This document shows positions 22,141 through 33,651 of a DNA stretch of 64,000 nucleotides, one piece after another; the stretch's first letter is position 1; the number at the start of each line of letters is the position of its first letter. The stretch spans positions 124,001-188,000 of the forward strand of contig NW_013657622.1 of NCBI RefSeq assembly GCF_000142905.1, read 5' to 3'. The stretch comes from Thecamonas trahens ATCC 50062. Its lineage: Eukaryota > Protista > Apusomonadida. Position numbers and translations under genes: made by a program. The notes beneath the pieces are model-generated. The model was not told the DNA's origin, searched no databases, and saw only the letters and a list, made by a program, of their open reading frames with translations.

Positions 22141-24649
22141 TTACTTCCGTTGGCTCGACGCCGTCTCCACGACAATGTCGTTGACAAAGGAGAACGCGTC
22201 GTCGCCCTTGTTCATAAACGCAAACGAGGAGCCGTTGCTCCCGCCCGCGCCCGTGCTCGCGCCTGTGCCCGCGCCTGCGCCAAGAGGCGTCAGCGGCGCC
22301 GCGCCACCGGCAGACACGCTTCCAGCAGACAAGCCCGCAAAGGCGTCGAGCAGCGAGCTGGTGCTCGTTCCGCTGGTCACGCTCGCACTAGGCGATGCCG
22401 CCGGAGCAGCCCCGCCGGCCGCCATCGGCACCATCATCATCGGCTGTCCATCGACGTACACCACCCGGGCGCCCGGCGGCGGCGCCGCGGCCTGCATCGA
22501 CCGGGCGTGCGCCTCCTGCGCCGCCAGCACAGCCTTCATCCCAGCGTCTGGATCGTGGCTCTGCGGCTTCGCGCCGCCGCCACCGCCTGCCGACAACGGC
22601 GGAATGCCTCCAAACGCAGCAGTGAGGTCGTCGAGCGACGACGAGCCAATCCCGCCCGAGTTGCTGCGGTTGGGCGCAAAAGGGTCGAGCTCGACCTTGC
22701 CTGGCATGTTGACTTCGAGCAGGAGCGACGATGGTGATGGCTGTGCGGGCTGTGCGGGCTGCTCAGCGGGGGGCGGGGAGGTCTGCTTGGGGGACGTCGA
22801 CGACTGCTTGGTCCGCCGCCGCCGGCCGGACGACTCGCGCCGAGGGCCGCCGGCCACAACGGTCATGCCGTCAAAGAGGGACGAAGGCGATGCAGTGGGG
22901 GCGAAGTTGCGGCAGGCGGTGCGGTAGCGGCTCCAGCAGGCGCCACAGTCATGCCGTCAAAGAGAGACGATGGCGACGGCGCAGCGGCAGGCACTTCCTG
23001 TGCTGCAGACTGGGACTTGGGCTGGACGCCGGCAAACAGGTCCGACGGCGAGAGCGAGATCAGAGGGGACGCGGCGTGCTGTGGCGGTGCGGATGCGGGT
23101 GCGGGCGTGGTGGCGACGGGTACCGACGGTGACGGTGTCGATGCTGCGCCGGCGCCGAGAAGGGCGAGGACGACGGCAGCCTTGTCCTTGACAGTGTTTT
23201 GGACCGAGGCCCGCGCGCCGTTGATGGCGTCGATGTGTGTGGTGAGCGGAGAAGAGACAGGGAGGCCGGCGCGCAGCAGAGCCTCCATTACGGCCAGGGC
23301 CTTGGCCTTGGTCTTGAACGGCACGCCCTTGCCGAGCTTGGCGGCGAGCTTGCTGCAGATGACGGTGGTGTCGAGTGAAGCAGCACGGCCGACAAAGGCG
23401 TCGAGGGCGGCACGTGTGGGCAAGACTCTCGCGCCGCCGGCGGCGGTGATGTCGTCGACGAGACGGGTCTCGTACTCGCCAGCCGGAGCCACGTAGCCCG
23501 CGGTGCTGCCGGTCGAGGCCGAGCTCGAGCCGGAGCCAGCAAAAGCGGCCGCGCCCGAATGGTAGCCGCCTGTGGCCGGGCCGACGGCGCCGCCCGAGCC
23601 GCGATACATGTACGCCGAGGAGTAGCCGCCGGCACCCGGGGCAGGGCCGGCACCGGCCGAGTACGATGAGCGCGCTCCCGCCGACTCACCGACAAACGAC
23701 TGCTCGCCCGTCCGGTTGTTGTACGCGGTGGCCATCTTCTGGCGAGCCACGTTGACCTTGTTCATCATCTTCTGCTTGAAGCCGCCAGACTTTTTCCCGC
23801 TGCCCGCGCCCGCGCCCGCATTCGACGACGAGTATGCCGTGTTGCCAAAGCCGACCATACCGGTCGCCGAGACGTTGACCTGGCCTGGCGCGCCTCGCGG
23901 ACCAAGCCCGTCTCCGGCCCCACCAGTCCCGCCGGACCCGCCGTAGGTCAAGCCTGTGCTGGGTGACACCTCTGCGCCCGGCGTGTAGCCCGAGGAGAAG
24001 CCTGTGATCCGCGAGGCCGGGACGGGCGCGGCGGCAGTGCGAACTGTGGATGAGTCGTAGATGACGGCGAGCAGCTCGGCAGCGCCTGTGCGGACGGCAG
24101 CCGAGAGAGCGTCGCCATGGACGGGATGTGGCGGGCCGCGGAACTCAGCGGCGTCGCGCAGCGGGCTCGATCGGCGCTGCAGCTCGGCCTTGAACAGCGG
24201 GCTGCCCGACGAGGCGACGTGCTTGCAGATGCGTAGAACCTTGGCCTTGACGTACGGCGACGGCTTCTCCAGCCGCTTGTACAGATCGTCCACAAGCTTG
24301 ATGCATGTCTCGGACGACTTGAGCGAGGCCTCTGCAAAGTGAATGATTTTGTGGGCATGGGCCGTGTCGGAAGCCATGTCCGTGTCCGTGTCGGAAGCCA
24401 TGTCCGCCGACCGCACCACCAACCATGCCCATGCCCATACCCAAGCCCATCGTTAGTCCCCCCTTCCCCAATTTTCGCCACCCCCACCACCACTAAAATT
24501 TGCTTCTCTCACACCCCCCACCCCCCACCCCCCACCTTCTTCCCCTCTCCCTACGTACGAATCAGTTCCTTGAAGACATAGCCAGGCGTCGGGTCGTCAT
24601 TGTCAGCTGTGGCCGAGTGGACGAGCTTGGTCTCGGTCGACTTGAACAT
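22141..24649 (-). CDS. TEPSIN: Tepsin (AP-4 accessory ENTH/VHS protein); exon 1 24649..24559, exon 2 from 24331; apparent frameshift at ~22899
   Basis: ATADNDDPTPGYVFKELI...VKAKVLRICK...FRGPPHPVHGDALSAAVR matches the tepsin ENTH domain; tVHS YETRLVDDITAAGGARVLPTR; AP-4 ear motifs SLFDGMTV and SSFAFMN. Confidence 0.88.
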
Positions 24650-25326
24650 GACCAAAAACGAAGAGTATGGGGCGGCTCCCCTCAGGTGTAATGGGTCAAG
24701 GAAGTATGTAGAGGGGGAGGGGGGAGGAGGGGAGGACGTGGGTCAAGTGGCTGGGACTGTCACCTCCCTCCCGTCCTCCCTTGCCTGGTTCGGTGGTGGA
24801 CGAGGGAGTGGCCTCAGGTTGGTGGCACTGTCGTCACAAACGCGGTTCATGTGTGACATGCCGCGCCCCCCCCCAACCCCCCCCCCCCCCCCCCCCCCCA
24901 CCTCGATCACAATGGATATACTTGAGGGCGGGGGAGGGAGGGAGAGACAATCAGTGCAAGATGTTCAGTTCAAGATCTTTAGTTCGATGTCGTCAGACAG
25001 AGATTGTGGCTGCGATCGATATGGGCCAGAACGGCTGATCACGGTGCAAGCGAGTTACGATGGATGTGCTCTATCTACGAGACGCTCAACAACGAGCACA
25101 ACCTCATCCAGCTCTTGAACTCAACAGGGCAGCTACATCACATACTGAAGAACAAAACCTGAGAAAATCAAATTTATCTGCTGATGATACAAGCCACTGT
25201 AGCCTTCCCCACACCGTCGACCTCCCCCCCACTCCCCCCCCCCCCCCCCTCCCCCGGCCATTTGCCATTCGTGTCGCCTGCGATGGGAGGAGTCTTTCAG
25301 CACTGCTCTTGGCACTGGCAAGCACC

Positions 25327-28300
25327 ATGGACGACGAGGAGCGGCAGCGGAAGCTTGCCGAGGGCAAGGCCAAGGTATGTCCCCATGCCCACTGTGTCTC
25401 TGCTTGCCCACCAACTGCATCCCTTCCAGGTGGCAGCGACTTTGTGCGACTCGCCGCAATGCGGAGGGGGAAATGGCGCGCGAGGAGGAGGCCGAGGCCG
25501 AAGTGGAGGGGAGGGGGAAGGGGGGATGGCGATAGCTGGGCGGGGTAGTGGACTTGGTGGCGGGGAAAGGGATGGGGAAGGAGGGGCTGTTGGGCACTTT
25601 GTGACTTTGAACTTAATTTGGGTGATTTGGCGGGCATTGGGCGCATGGCGGACGTGGATGTGGGTGGTGCGGTGGCGGTGATGGACGCGGTGATGACCAC
25701 AGTTTGCTGCCATGCGCGCTCGCAAGGGCAAGGGAAGCGGGCGGAAGAAGCGGTCAAAGGCAAGCAAGCAAGCCGATGCTAGCGGCGAGGTGGAGGGAGG
25801 GAGCACAGCTACCGAGAGTGCAGCGGATGCGTCGGGGTGGTCGTTCCGGGAGAGATCGGGGTCGAGGCACGGATGGTTAATGATGACGTGGTTGAGCTCC
25901 GCAAGGTAGCTGACGCGCCGGTCCGGCCGATCGCGGTCATCACAAGGACCTCTGGGAGCGAGCCGGGGCTTCGTAAGGTTGTCGACGAGTTGGAGACCGA
26001 GCTGGCGTCAAGCCGGATGGTAGTCGGCCAGCGGGAGGTGCAGATCAACCAGCTGAAGAACGAGCTGGCGGCAGTGCGCGGCGAGCTGGCGCGTAGCAAG
26101 GCCCAAGCTGCTGCTGCGCAGGCCGAGACCAAGCAAGTCAAGGAGCAGGCAGCACAGGCGCTCGGTGAGTCACAGGCCGAGCTAGCACAAGTCCAGGCGC
26201 AGACCGGAGGTCAGACTGACGAGCTGCGTGGCATTGTGGCGCGCCTTGGAGCGAGCTTGCAGCTGCCGAGCAAACAGCTGCCGATGCAGCACAGCGCGCG
26301 ACTGCTGCCGAGCAGGAGGCAGCCGAGATGAAGGCGATGAGCATGGAGATGGATCTCAATGTGCAGTCGCTCAACGCTCAGCTCGCGACGCGCAAGCTCG
26401 AGTCGCAGGCACAGTCGCAGCAGCAGCAGGTCGAACTGGAGCAGGCGCGGGCCGAGAGTGCGTCGCTGGAGGCTGAGCTGGAGCAGGCGCGGGCGGATGC
26501 TGCCAGCGGTGGCGAGGCGGCAGCGCAGCTCTCGCAGCTGCGGACCGAGTATACGTCGCTGCAGACTGAATTGGAGCAGGCGCGGGCCGAGAGTACGTCG
26601 CTGCAGACTGAACTGGAGCAGGCGCGGGCGGATGCTGCCAGCGGTGGCGAGGCGGCAGCGCAGCTCTCGCAGCTGCGGACCGAGTATATGTCGCTGCAGA
26701 CTGAGCTGGTGCAGGCGCGAGCGGATGCTGCCAGTGGTGGCGAGGCGGCAGCGCAGCTCTCGCAGCTGCGGACCGAGTATACGTCGCTGCAGACTGAGCT
26801 GGAGCAGGCGCGAGCGGATGCTGCCAGTGGTGGCGAGGCGGCAGCGCAGCTCTCGCAGCTGCGGACCGAGTATACGTCGCTGCAGACTGAGCTGGAGCAG
26901 GCGCGAGTGGATGCTGCCAGTGGTGGCGAGGCGGCAGCGCAGCTCTCGCAGCTGCGGACCGAGTATATGTCGCTGCAGACTGAGCTGGAGCAGGCGCGGG
27001 CGGATGCTGCCAGCGGTGGCGAGGCGGCAGCGCAGCTCTCGCAGCTGCGGACCGAGTATACGTCGCTGCAGACTGAATTGGAGCAGGCGCGGGCCGAGAG
27101 TACGTCGCTGCAGACTGAACTGGAGCAGGCGCGGGCGGATGCTGCCAGCGGTGGCGAGGCGGCAGCGCAGCTCTCGCAGCTGCGGACCGAGTATACGTCG
27201 CTGCAGACTGAGCTGGAGCAGGCGCGGGCGGATGCTGCCAGTGGTGGCGAGGCGGCAGCGCAGCTCTCGCAGCTGCGGACCGAGTATACGTCGCTGCAGA
27301 CTGAATTGGAGCAGGCGCGGGCCGAGAGTACGTCGCTGCAGACTGCAGCGCAGCTCTCACAGCTGCGGACCGAGTATATGTCGCTGCAGACTGAGCTGGA
27401 GCAGGCGCGAGCGGATGCTGCCAGTGGTGGCGAGGCGGCAGCGCAGCTCTCGCAGCTGCGGACCGAGTATACGTCGCTGCAGACTGAGTTGGAGCAGGCG
27501 CGGGCCGAGAGTGCGTCGCTGGAGGCTGAGCTGGAGCAGGCGCGAGCGGATGCTGCCAGTGGTGGCGAGGCGGCAGCGCAGCTCTCGCAGCTGCAGACCG
27601 AGTATACGTCGCTGCAGACTGAGTTGGAGCAGGCGCGGGCCGAGAGTGCGTCGCTGGAGGCTGAGCTGGAGCAGGCGCGAGCGGATGCTGCCAGCGGTGG
27701 CGAGGCGGCAGCGCAGCTCTCGCAGCTGCAGACCGAGTATACGTCGCTGCAGACTGAGCTGGAGCAGGCGCGGGCCGAGAGTACGTCGCTGCAGACTGAG
27801 CTGGAGCAGGCGCGGGCGGATGCTGCCAGCGGTGGCGAGGCGGCAGCGCAGCTCTCGCAGCTGCGGACCGAGTATACGTCGCTGCAGACTGAGCTGGAGC
27901 AGGCGCGGGCGGATGCTGCCAGCGGTGGTGAGGCGGCAGCGCAGCTCTCGCAGCTGCGGACCGAGTATACGTCGCTGCAGACTGAGCTGGAGCAGGCACG
28001 GGCCGACTTGATCCAGGCTCGCGCTGATGTTGACAGTGGTACGTCTCGAATGCAGGCAATGCATGCCGAAGCAACTACCAAGCTGGAGACACAAGCCAAG
28101 AGCATGAAGAGCTTGCAAGACAAGCTCAACTTGCAAGAGTCATCAATGACTGCAATGCAAGAAGAGGCTCGCGTCAAGCTTCAGGTACAGGTAACTCGGA
28201 TGAAGGAGCTCCAGGCTGAGCTCGAGCAGGCACGGGCCGAGTGTGTGACGCTCGAGACCAAGGCCGCCGCCCAGCAGCAGCAGATGCAGCAGCTGCAGGC

Positions 28301-29954
28301 CGAGCTCGAGCAGGCGCACACCGACCAGGCTTCGCTTCAGGCCGAGCTCGAGCAGGCACGGGCTGACGCCGCACTCGGCGGCGAGGCCGCCACGCAGCTG
28401 GCGCAGGCACGAGCCGAGTATGTGACGCTCGAGACCAAGGCCGCCGCCCAGCAGCAGCAGATGCAGCAGCTGCAGGCCGAGCTCGAGCAGGCGCACACCG
28501 ACCAGGCTTCGCTTCAGGCCGCGCTCGAGCAGGCACGGGCTGACGCCGCACTCGGCGGTGAGGCCGCCACGCAGCTGGCGCAGGCAAGGGCCGAGTATGT
28601 GACGCTCGAGACCAAGGCCGCCGCTCAGCAGCAGCAGATGCAGCAGCTGCAGGCCGAGCTCGAGCAGGCGCACACCGACCAGTCTTCGCTGCAGGCCGAG
28701 CTCGAGCAGGCGCACACCGACCAGGCTTCGCTGCAGGCCGAGCTCGAGCAGGCACGGGCTGACGCCGCACTCGGCGGCGAGGCCGCCACGCAGCTGGCGC
28801 AGGCACGGGCCGAGTATGTGACGCTCGAGACCAAGGCCGCCGCCCAGCAGCAGCAGATGCAGCAGCTGCAGGCCGAGCTCGAGCAGGCGCACACCGACCA
28901 GTCTTCGCTGCAGGCCGAGCTCGAGCAGGCGCACACCGACCAGGCTTCGCTGCAGGCCGAGCTCGAGCAGGCACGGGCTGACGCCGCACTCGGCGGCGAG
29001 GCCGCCACGCAGCTGGCGCAGGCACGAGCCGAGTATGTGACGCTCGAGACCAAGGCCGCCACACAGCAGCAGCAGCTGCAGCAGCTGCAGGCCGAGCTCG
29101 AGCAGGCGCAGACAGCCGAGTCTTCGTTGCGAGCTGAGCTTGCGCAACTACGCGCAGACCACGCGACCGTTGCGGCCGAGGCCAAGTCGTGTCATGATCG
29201 AGTGGCGCAGCTGCAGACCGAGCTGGACCAAGCTCTCACCGGCCGCGCTTCGCTTGTAGGCGAGCTGGAGCGGGCCCACACCCAGCTCCAGGGTGCCGAG
29301 GACGAGCTCGCGAGCGTCAGATCCCAGCTCTCTAGCCTCCAAGGCGCCCACTCTGACCATGTTGCCAAGCTCGAGGCGCAGATTGCTGCCGCCCGCTCTG
29401 ATGCATCGGCCGCGGCCGCTGAGATTAATCGTGCTCGCGAGGCCGAGCATGCCAGCTCGGCCCGCACCGCCGAGCTAGAGGCCACGCTCGCCGTGCTGCG
29501 GACCGACGACGCACACCGCAGCGGTGACATCGCCCTCGCTCGTAAGGAGCTGGCGCGTGCCCAGAGCGAGCTCGCCGAGACCAAAGCCCGTCTCGACAGC
29601 GCATACACCGAGGCCAAGGCCCGCTCTCCAGACCTTGCCTCGGCACTTCGTGACTGTCACAAGGCCCAGGCCCAGGTCACAGCCCTCCAGCGGACGCTCG
29701 CTGCCAAGAACGCCCGCATCGCTGCACTCGAACAGTCGGTCGGCCCTGCTGCTGCCGACGCCGCTACGTTGCATAACCTTCTCACCACCAACGCCAAGCT
29801 CGAAACCCAGCTTGCCACCGAGACCGCGCTCAAAGCCAAGATGGCTGCTGACAAGCACCGAGTCGCTTCACGTCTCGAGTCACTCCTCAGTGTCCTCCGT
29901 GCTCATCACCAATGCCTCGACGCCGAACTCGCCTCCACAACCCCCCACGCGTAA
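25327..29954 (+). CDS. Long coiled-coil protein with an AKAP9/pericentrin/GM130-type N-terminus; intron 25375..25702; apparent frameshifts at ~25835 and ~26250
   Basis: MDDEERQRKLAEGKAK|FAAMRARK resembles AKAP9 MEDEERQKKLEAGKAKLAQFRQRK. The body is heptad-rich; no PACT domain is recognised at the C-terminus. Confidence 0.65.
26436..28000 (+). repeat. Coding tandem repeat: 93-bp (31-aa) unit with an optional 42-bp (14-aa) insert
   Basis: ADAASGGEAAAQLSQLRTEYTSLQTELEQAR, sometimes plus AESTSLQTELEQAR; near-identical at the nucleotide level. Confidence 0.92.
28213..29110 (+). repeat. Second coding tandem repeat family (~5 copies)
   Basis: AEYVTLETKAAAQQQQMQQLQAELEQAHTDQASLQAELEQARADAALGGEAATQLAQAR units. 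Confidence 0.9.
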
Positions 29955-30050
29955 TCAATCCACTATCCCCCCCCCCCATCTCCATCCCCCTCGCCCACCA
30001 ATCGCCCACCATCACCCCGACTTCCCCCCCCCCCCACCCCCCCACCGTTG

Positions 30051-30150
30051 NNNNNNNNNNNNNNNNNNNNNNNNNNNNNNNNNNNNNNNNNNNNNNNNNN
30101 NNNNNNNNNNNNNNNNNNNNNNNNNNNNNNNNNNNNNNNNNNNNNNNNNN
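30051..30150. other. Assembly gap
   Basis: N run between poly-C tracts. Confidence 1.
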
Positions 30151-30287
30151 CCCCCCCCCCCACTCTCGACGCTCACTCGTCACTCGTCGCTCGTCACTCG
30201 TCACTCGTCACTCGCCCCATCACCGGCCACCCGACTCCTTCGCCCCTTCGCCCCGCCAGGTCACACTGTGTGCAGCACGCGGGGGCC

Positions 30288-32413
30288 ATGGAAGGATACA
30301 CTGTGAAAGAGGTGCTCGGACGCGGCTCGAACGCTGTGGTCTTTGCAGCCACTCATGCCTCTGGCACAGTCTGTGCTGTCAAACGGGTACGCCATGCTCA
30401 CCAGCCATTCACGTCGTGAGCGTCTTTTTGGCGCGAAGCTTCGCGCCAAAAATATGGCTCGTCACCCTTTTTCCAGCCAGACGTCTCCATCATCTGACTC
30501 ACATACTCACCTCATTCTTATCCTGGGGTCGTGGGGAGGAGACAGATTGATAAGAGCAGAATGCGCGCAGCAGGAATGACAGGGAGGATCGTGTCCGAGG
30601 TCTCGATCCATGCGCAAATCGAGCATCCGGGCGTGGTACCGCTGCTGGCCTTTGAGGAGGACGACCGATTTGTGTACCTCGTCCTGCCACTGGCTGAGGG
30701 AACTCTGGCAGAGGCTGTGGCGGATCTAGGCGGATTGATGGATGAACAGACTGCAGGAGCATGTCTGGCGCAGATCACTGACGCTGTGGCCTACCTGCAT
30801 GCGCATGGCGTGCTCCATCGCGATCTTAAGCTGACCAACATCCTCGTCATGCCGCAACACGCCAGCAAGGCGAAGGAGAAGAGGACCGGGTGGAAGCTGA
30901 TGGTGGCCGACTTTGGCCTTGCTGCTAAGGTCGACTCGCCGCACGATGCCCGGGCCACCCGGTGCGGGACGCCCAACTACATGGCTCCCGAGGTTGCTTG
31001 CGCTCTGCCGCACTCGTCGGCGGCCGACGTGTGGGCGCTCGGGGTGCTGGCGTACACGCTACTGGTCGGCCGCCCGCCGTTTTCACCCTCTGATGCGGCT
31101 GAGGCGCGGCTGCCTGGCGTCCGCGGCGCCCGTGCCACTCTGGCCAAGGTCAAGCGCGGCAAGTACGTCCTGCCGGACACCGTCTCGCCGCTGGCGGCCG
31201 ACTTTATCTCGGCTTGCCTCCGCCACCGTCCCGAGGACCGACCGACCGCGGCCCAGCTTGTTGCGCACCCGTTTCTTGCCGGCCCGGTTACCGTCTCGCC
31301 TGGTGCCGAGTGGGACGCACTTGTGTACGGCAGCCCATCCAAGGTGCCTGGTTCGCCGATGACGGTCGACTCGCCGATGACGGTCGATGTTGCGCGGAGC
31401 GCCGAGGACTCTATGCCTCCATCACTATCACCGTCGCCGTCGCTGCCACCGTCGCCACCCCCCCTGTGGCGCCGCTTGTGCCGCTGGACGCCCGCGGCGT
31501 GACTTGCGTCCGGGTGGAGCGGACAGCTTTTGGATCGGTCTCTGTCCTGCCCAACTCGGAGGTCGGTGTCGAGGTTGTCCCGCTCAACGCCATCCTCCTC
31601 GTCGCCTGCGATGGGACGGCGGTGCGTGTCGGCCAGCTCGACAAAGCTGCCGAGTTGGGCGGTGGGCTGGAGCGGACGACGTACGGGCTGGAGCATCTGC
31701 CAGTCGCAGCACATCCGTACTATGATGCTGCGCGCGAGTACGTGGCCCGTGTCCGGGCCGCCACGCCAAAGGTCACGCTCCACACGCCGCTGGGCGTGTT
31801 CTCGCTCTCAGCAGCCGGAGCATATGGTGCGCGGTTTGGCGATGGCTTTGAGATGAGCTTTAAGCCTGGCCACAACTCATACGAGCTGGCGGATGGAACG
31901 TCGGTCTCTGCCCATCTGCGCAGCGCGGTGGCGCCGCCGCTGGCGGCTCGGTTGGAAGCCTTTGATGCGGCGCGGGCGGCGCTAGATCGACTCGAGGCCG
32001 AAGAGTGCGCGGTCTTTCCCTTGGTGGCGGTCGACCCGCTGCTCGGTGCACTCGGCGGTGACGCGAGTGCTGGAAATTGGACGGCGTCGTCGTCAGCGTC
32101 GACCACTTCAGCCTCATCGTCGTCTGCGTCGTCTTCCGGGCGGGCTGGCCTCTCGCCACCGGTCCACGTGCCTGGGACCGGATGGGCCTTCCGTGACGGC
32201 GGCGCCAACATGCACCTCCTCTTTGATGACGGGGTGCACGTGGAGATCCCAGCATCGGCGACGACGGTGCGGATGACATCGGTCGATGGCGGTGCGTTGG
32301 TCTTCTCCCTCGACGCTGTTGTGCCGCCCGAAGTCCGCGCCCGCCTCGCGCACGTCCCTGCCTTTGCCAACGCACTCCGCTCACAGCGACAGCCACCAGC
32401 CTCCGACCGATAA
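30288..32413 (+). CDS. PLK4: Polo-like kinase 4 (SAK); intron 30387..30545; apparent frameshift at ~31460
   Basis: AVKR|IDKSRMRAAGMTGRIVSEVSIHAQIEHP (PLK4 [22 protein letters not shown]); HRDLKLTN, DFGLA, CGTPNYMAPE; cryptic polo box YGLEHLP...YDAAREYVARVRAATPKVTLHT; PB3 VHVPGTGWA...LLFDDG...PPEVRARL. Confidence 0.9.
30425..30452. promoter_or_regulatory. Perfect 28-bp palindrome containing two inverted E2F-type sites (TTTGGCGC) in PLK4 intron 1
   Basis: TTTTTGGCGCGAAGCTTCGCGCCAAAAA is its own reverse complement; the E2F consensus is TTTSSCGC. Function is inferred. Confidence 0.6.
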
Positions 32414-32608
32414 GAGCACCAGTATGCGTGCCCTGAGATCGGCATACCACCAGCCCCCCCCCCCCTATTAATCGATAGTGGTCGCATTCCCCCTGCCCCC
32501 ACCGCAGCATCACCATCCCCCCCCTTCCCCATCCCTTCATCACGTTAATCGAAACTCCTACACACAATATATTCGTTCGTTCCTCCGAAACGCCGCCGCC
32601 GCTTTGCC

Positions 32609-33115
32609 ATGGAATGGGTGCGATATGGAATGGGTGCGATATGATGGAATGGGTGCGATATGGATTGGGTGCGACATGGAATGGGTGCGATATGGAATGG
32701 GTGCGACATGATGGAATGGGTGCGATACGGATTGGGTGCGATATGGATTGGGTGCGATATGGAATGGGTGCGATATGATGGAATGGGTGCGATATGGAAT
32801 GGGTGCGATATGGAATGGGTGCGATATGGATTGGGTGCGATATGGAATGGGTGCGATATGGAATGGGTGCGACATGGAATGGGTGCGACATGGAATGGGT
32901 GCGACATGGTATGGGTGCGATATGATGGAATGGGTGCGACATGGAATGGGTGCGACATGGAATGGGTGCGACATGGAATGGGTGCGACATGGAATGGGTG
33001 CGACATGGTATGGGTGCGACATGATGGAATGGGTGCGACATGGAATGGGTGCGATATGATGGAATGGGTGCGACATGGAATGGGTGCGACATGGAATGGG
33101 TGCGACATGGATTGG
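32609..33115. repeat. Intergenic satellite-like array, 16/19-bp unit ATGGAATGGGTGCGA(C/T), about 30 copies
   Basis: Directly visible tandem array between PLK4 and the RING gene. Confidence 0.95.
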
Positions 33116-33293
33116 CTTCCGTTTGTGGTGGCGGCCGAGTGGCGGACAGCGGAGAGCGGAGAGCCGAGAGCAGAGCGCGGAGAGACGAGAGGGAGAACGA
33201 GAGCAAGAGCAAGAGCAGTTGACGCCAGCGGAGCCAGGTAGCTGCGTGTGGTTAAGAGCAAGAGCAAGAGCAAGAGCAAGAGCAAGTGGGCAT

Positions 33294-33619
33294 ATGGGTA
33301 ACCAGGGCTCCACGGCGTACTCTGACGCCCTCATGCGGGCCGAAGGCTCGGACGACCTTGTTCCACCTCGTGCCATGTCATCATCATCATCATCATCAGG
33401 AGCAGCAGGAGCAGCAGGAGCAGCAGGTGGTGGTGGTGGTGGTGGTGGTGGTGGTGGGGAAGGGGGGAGGTATGGGCATGGAGGTGGGTATGGGGAAGGT
33501 GGACACGACATGGCCTCGTCGGTGGAAGGGGATGCGGCCATGCATGGGTCGGACACGGTGGGTATGGGAAACGCCTCGGCTGTGCCCGTCAACAACGTCA
33601 ATGGCAACAACAACAACAG

Positions 33620-33651
<32 letters not shown>

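Noticed and set aside
22131-22737. 600-bp antisense overlap of the TVP38 ORF with tepsin
   Set aside because: Disappears when one C is restored at 22000-22003, which gives a stop at 22130.
26359-28177. Long alternative-frame and antisense ORFs (550-599 aa) over the coiled-coil repeats
   Set aside because: Shadow ORFs caused by high GC and stop-free tandem repeats.
31860-33649. SHPFHVAPIPCRTH-repeat ORFs
   Set aside because: Translations of the 16-bp intergenic satellite.
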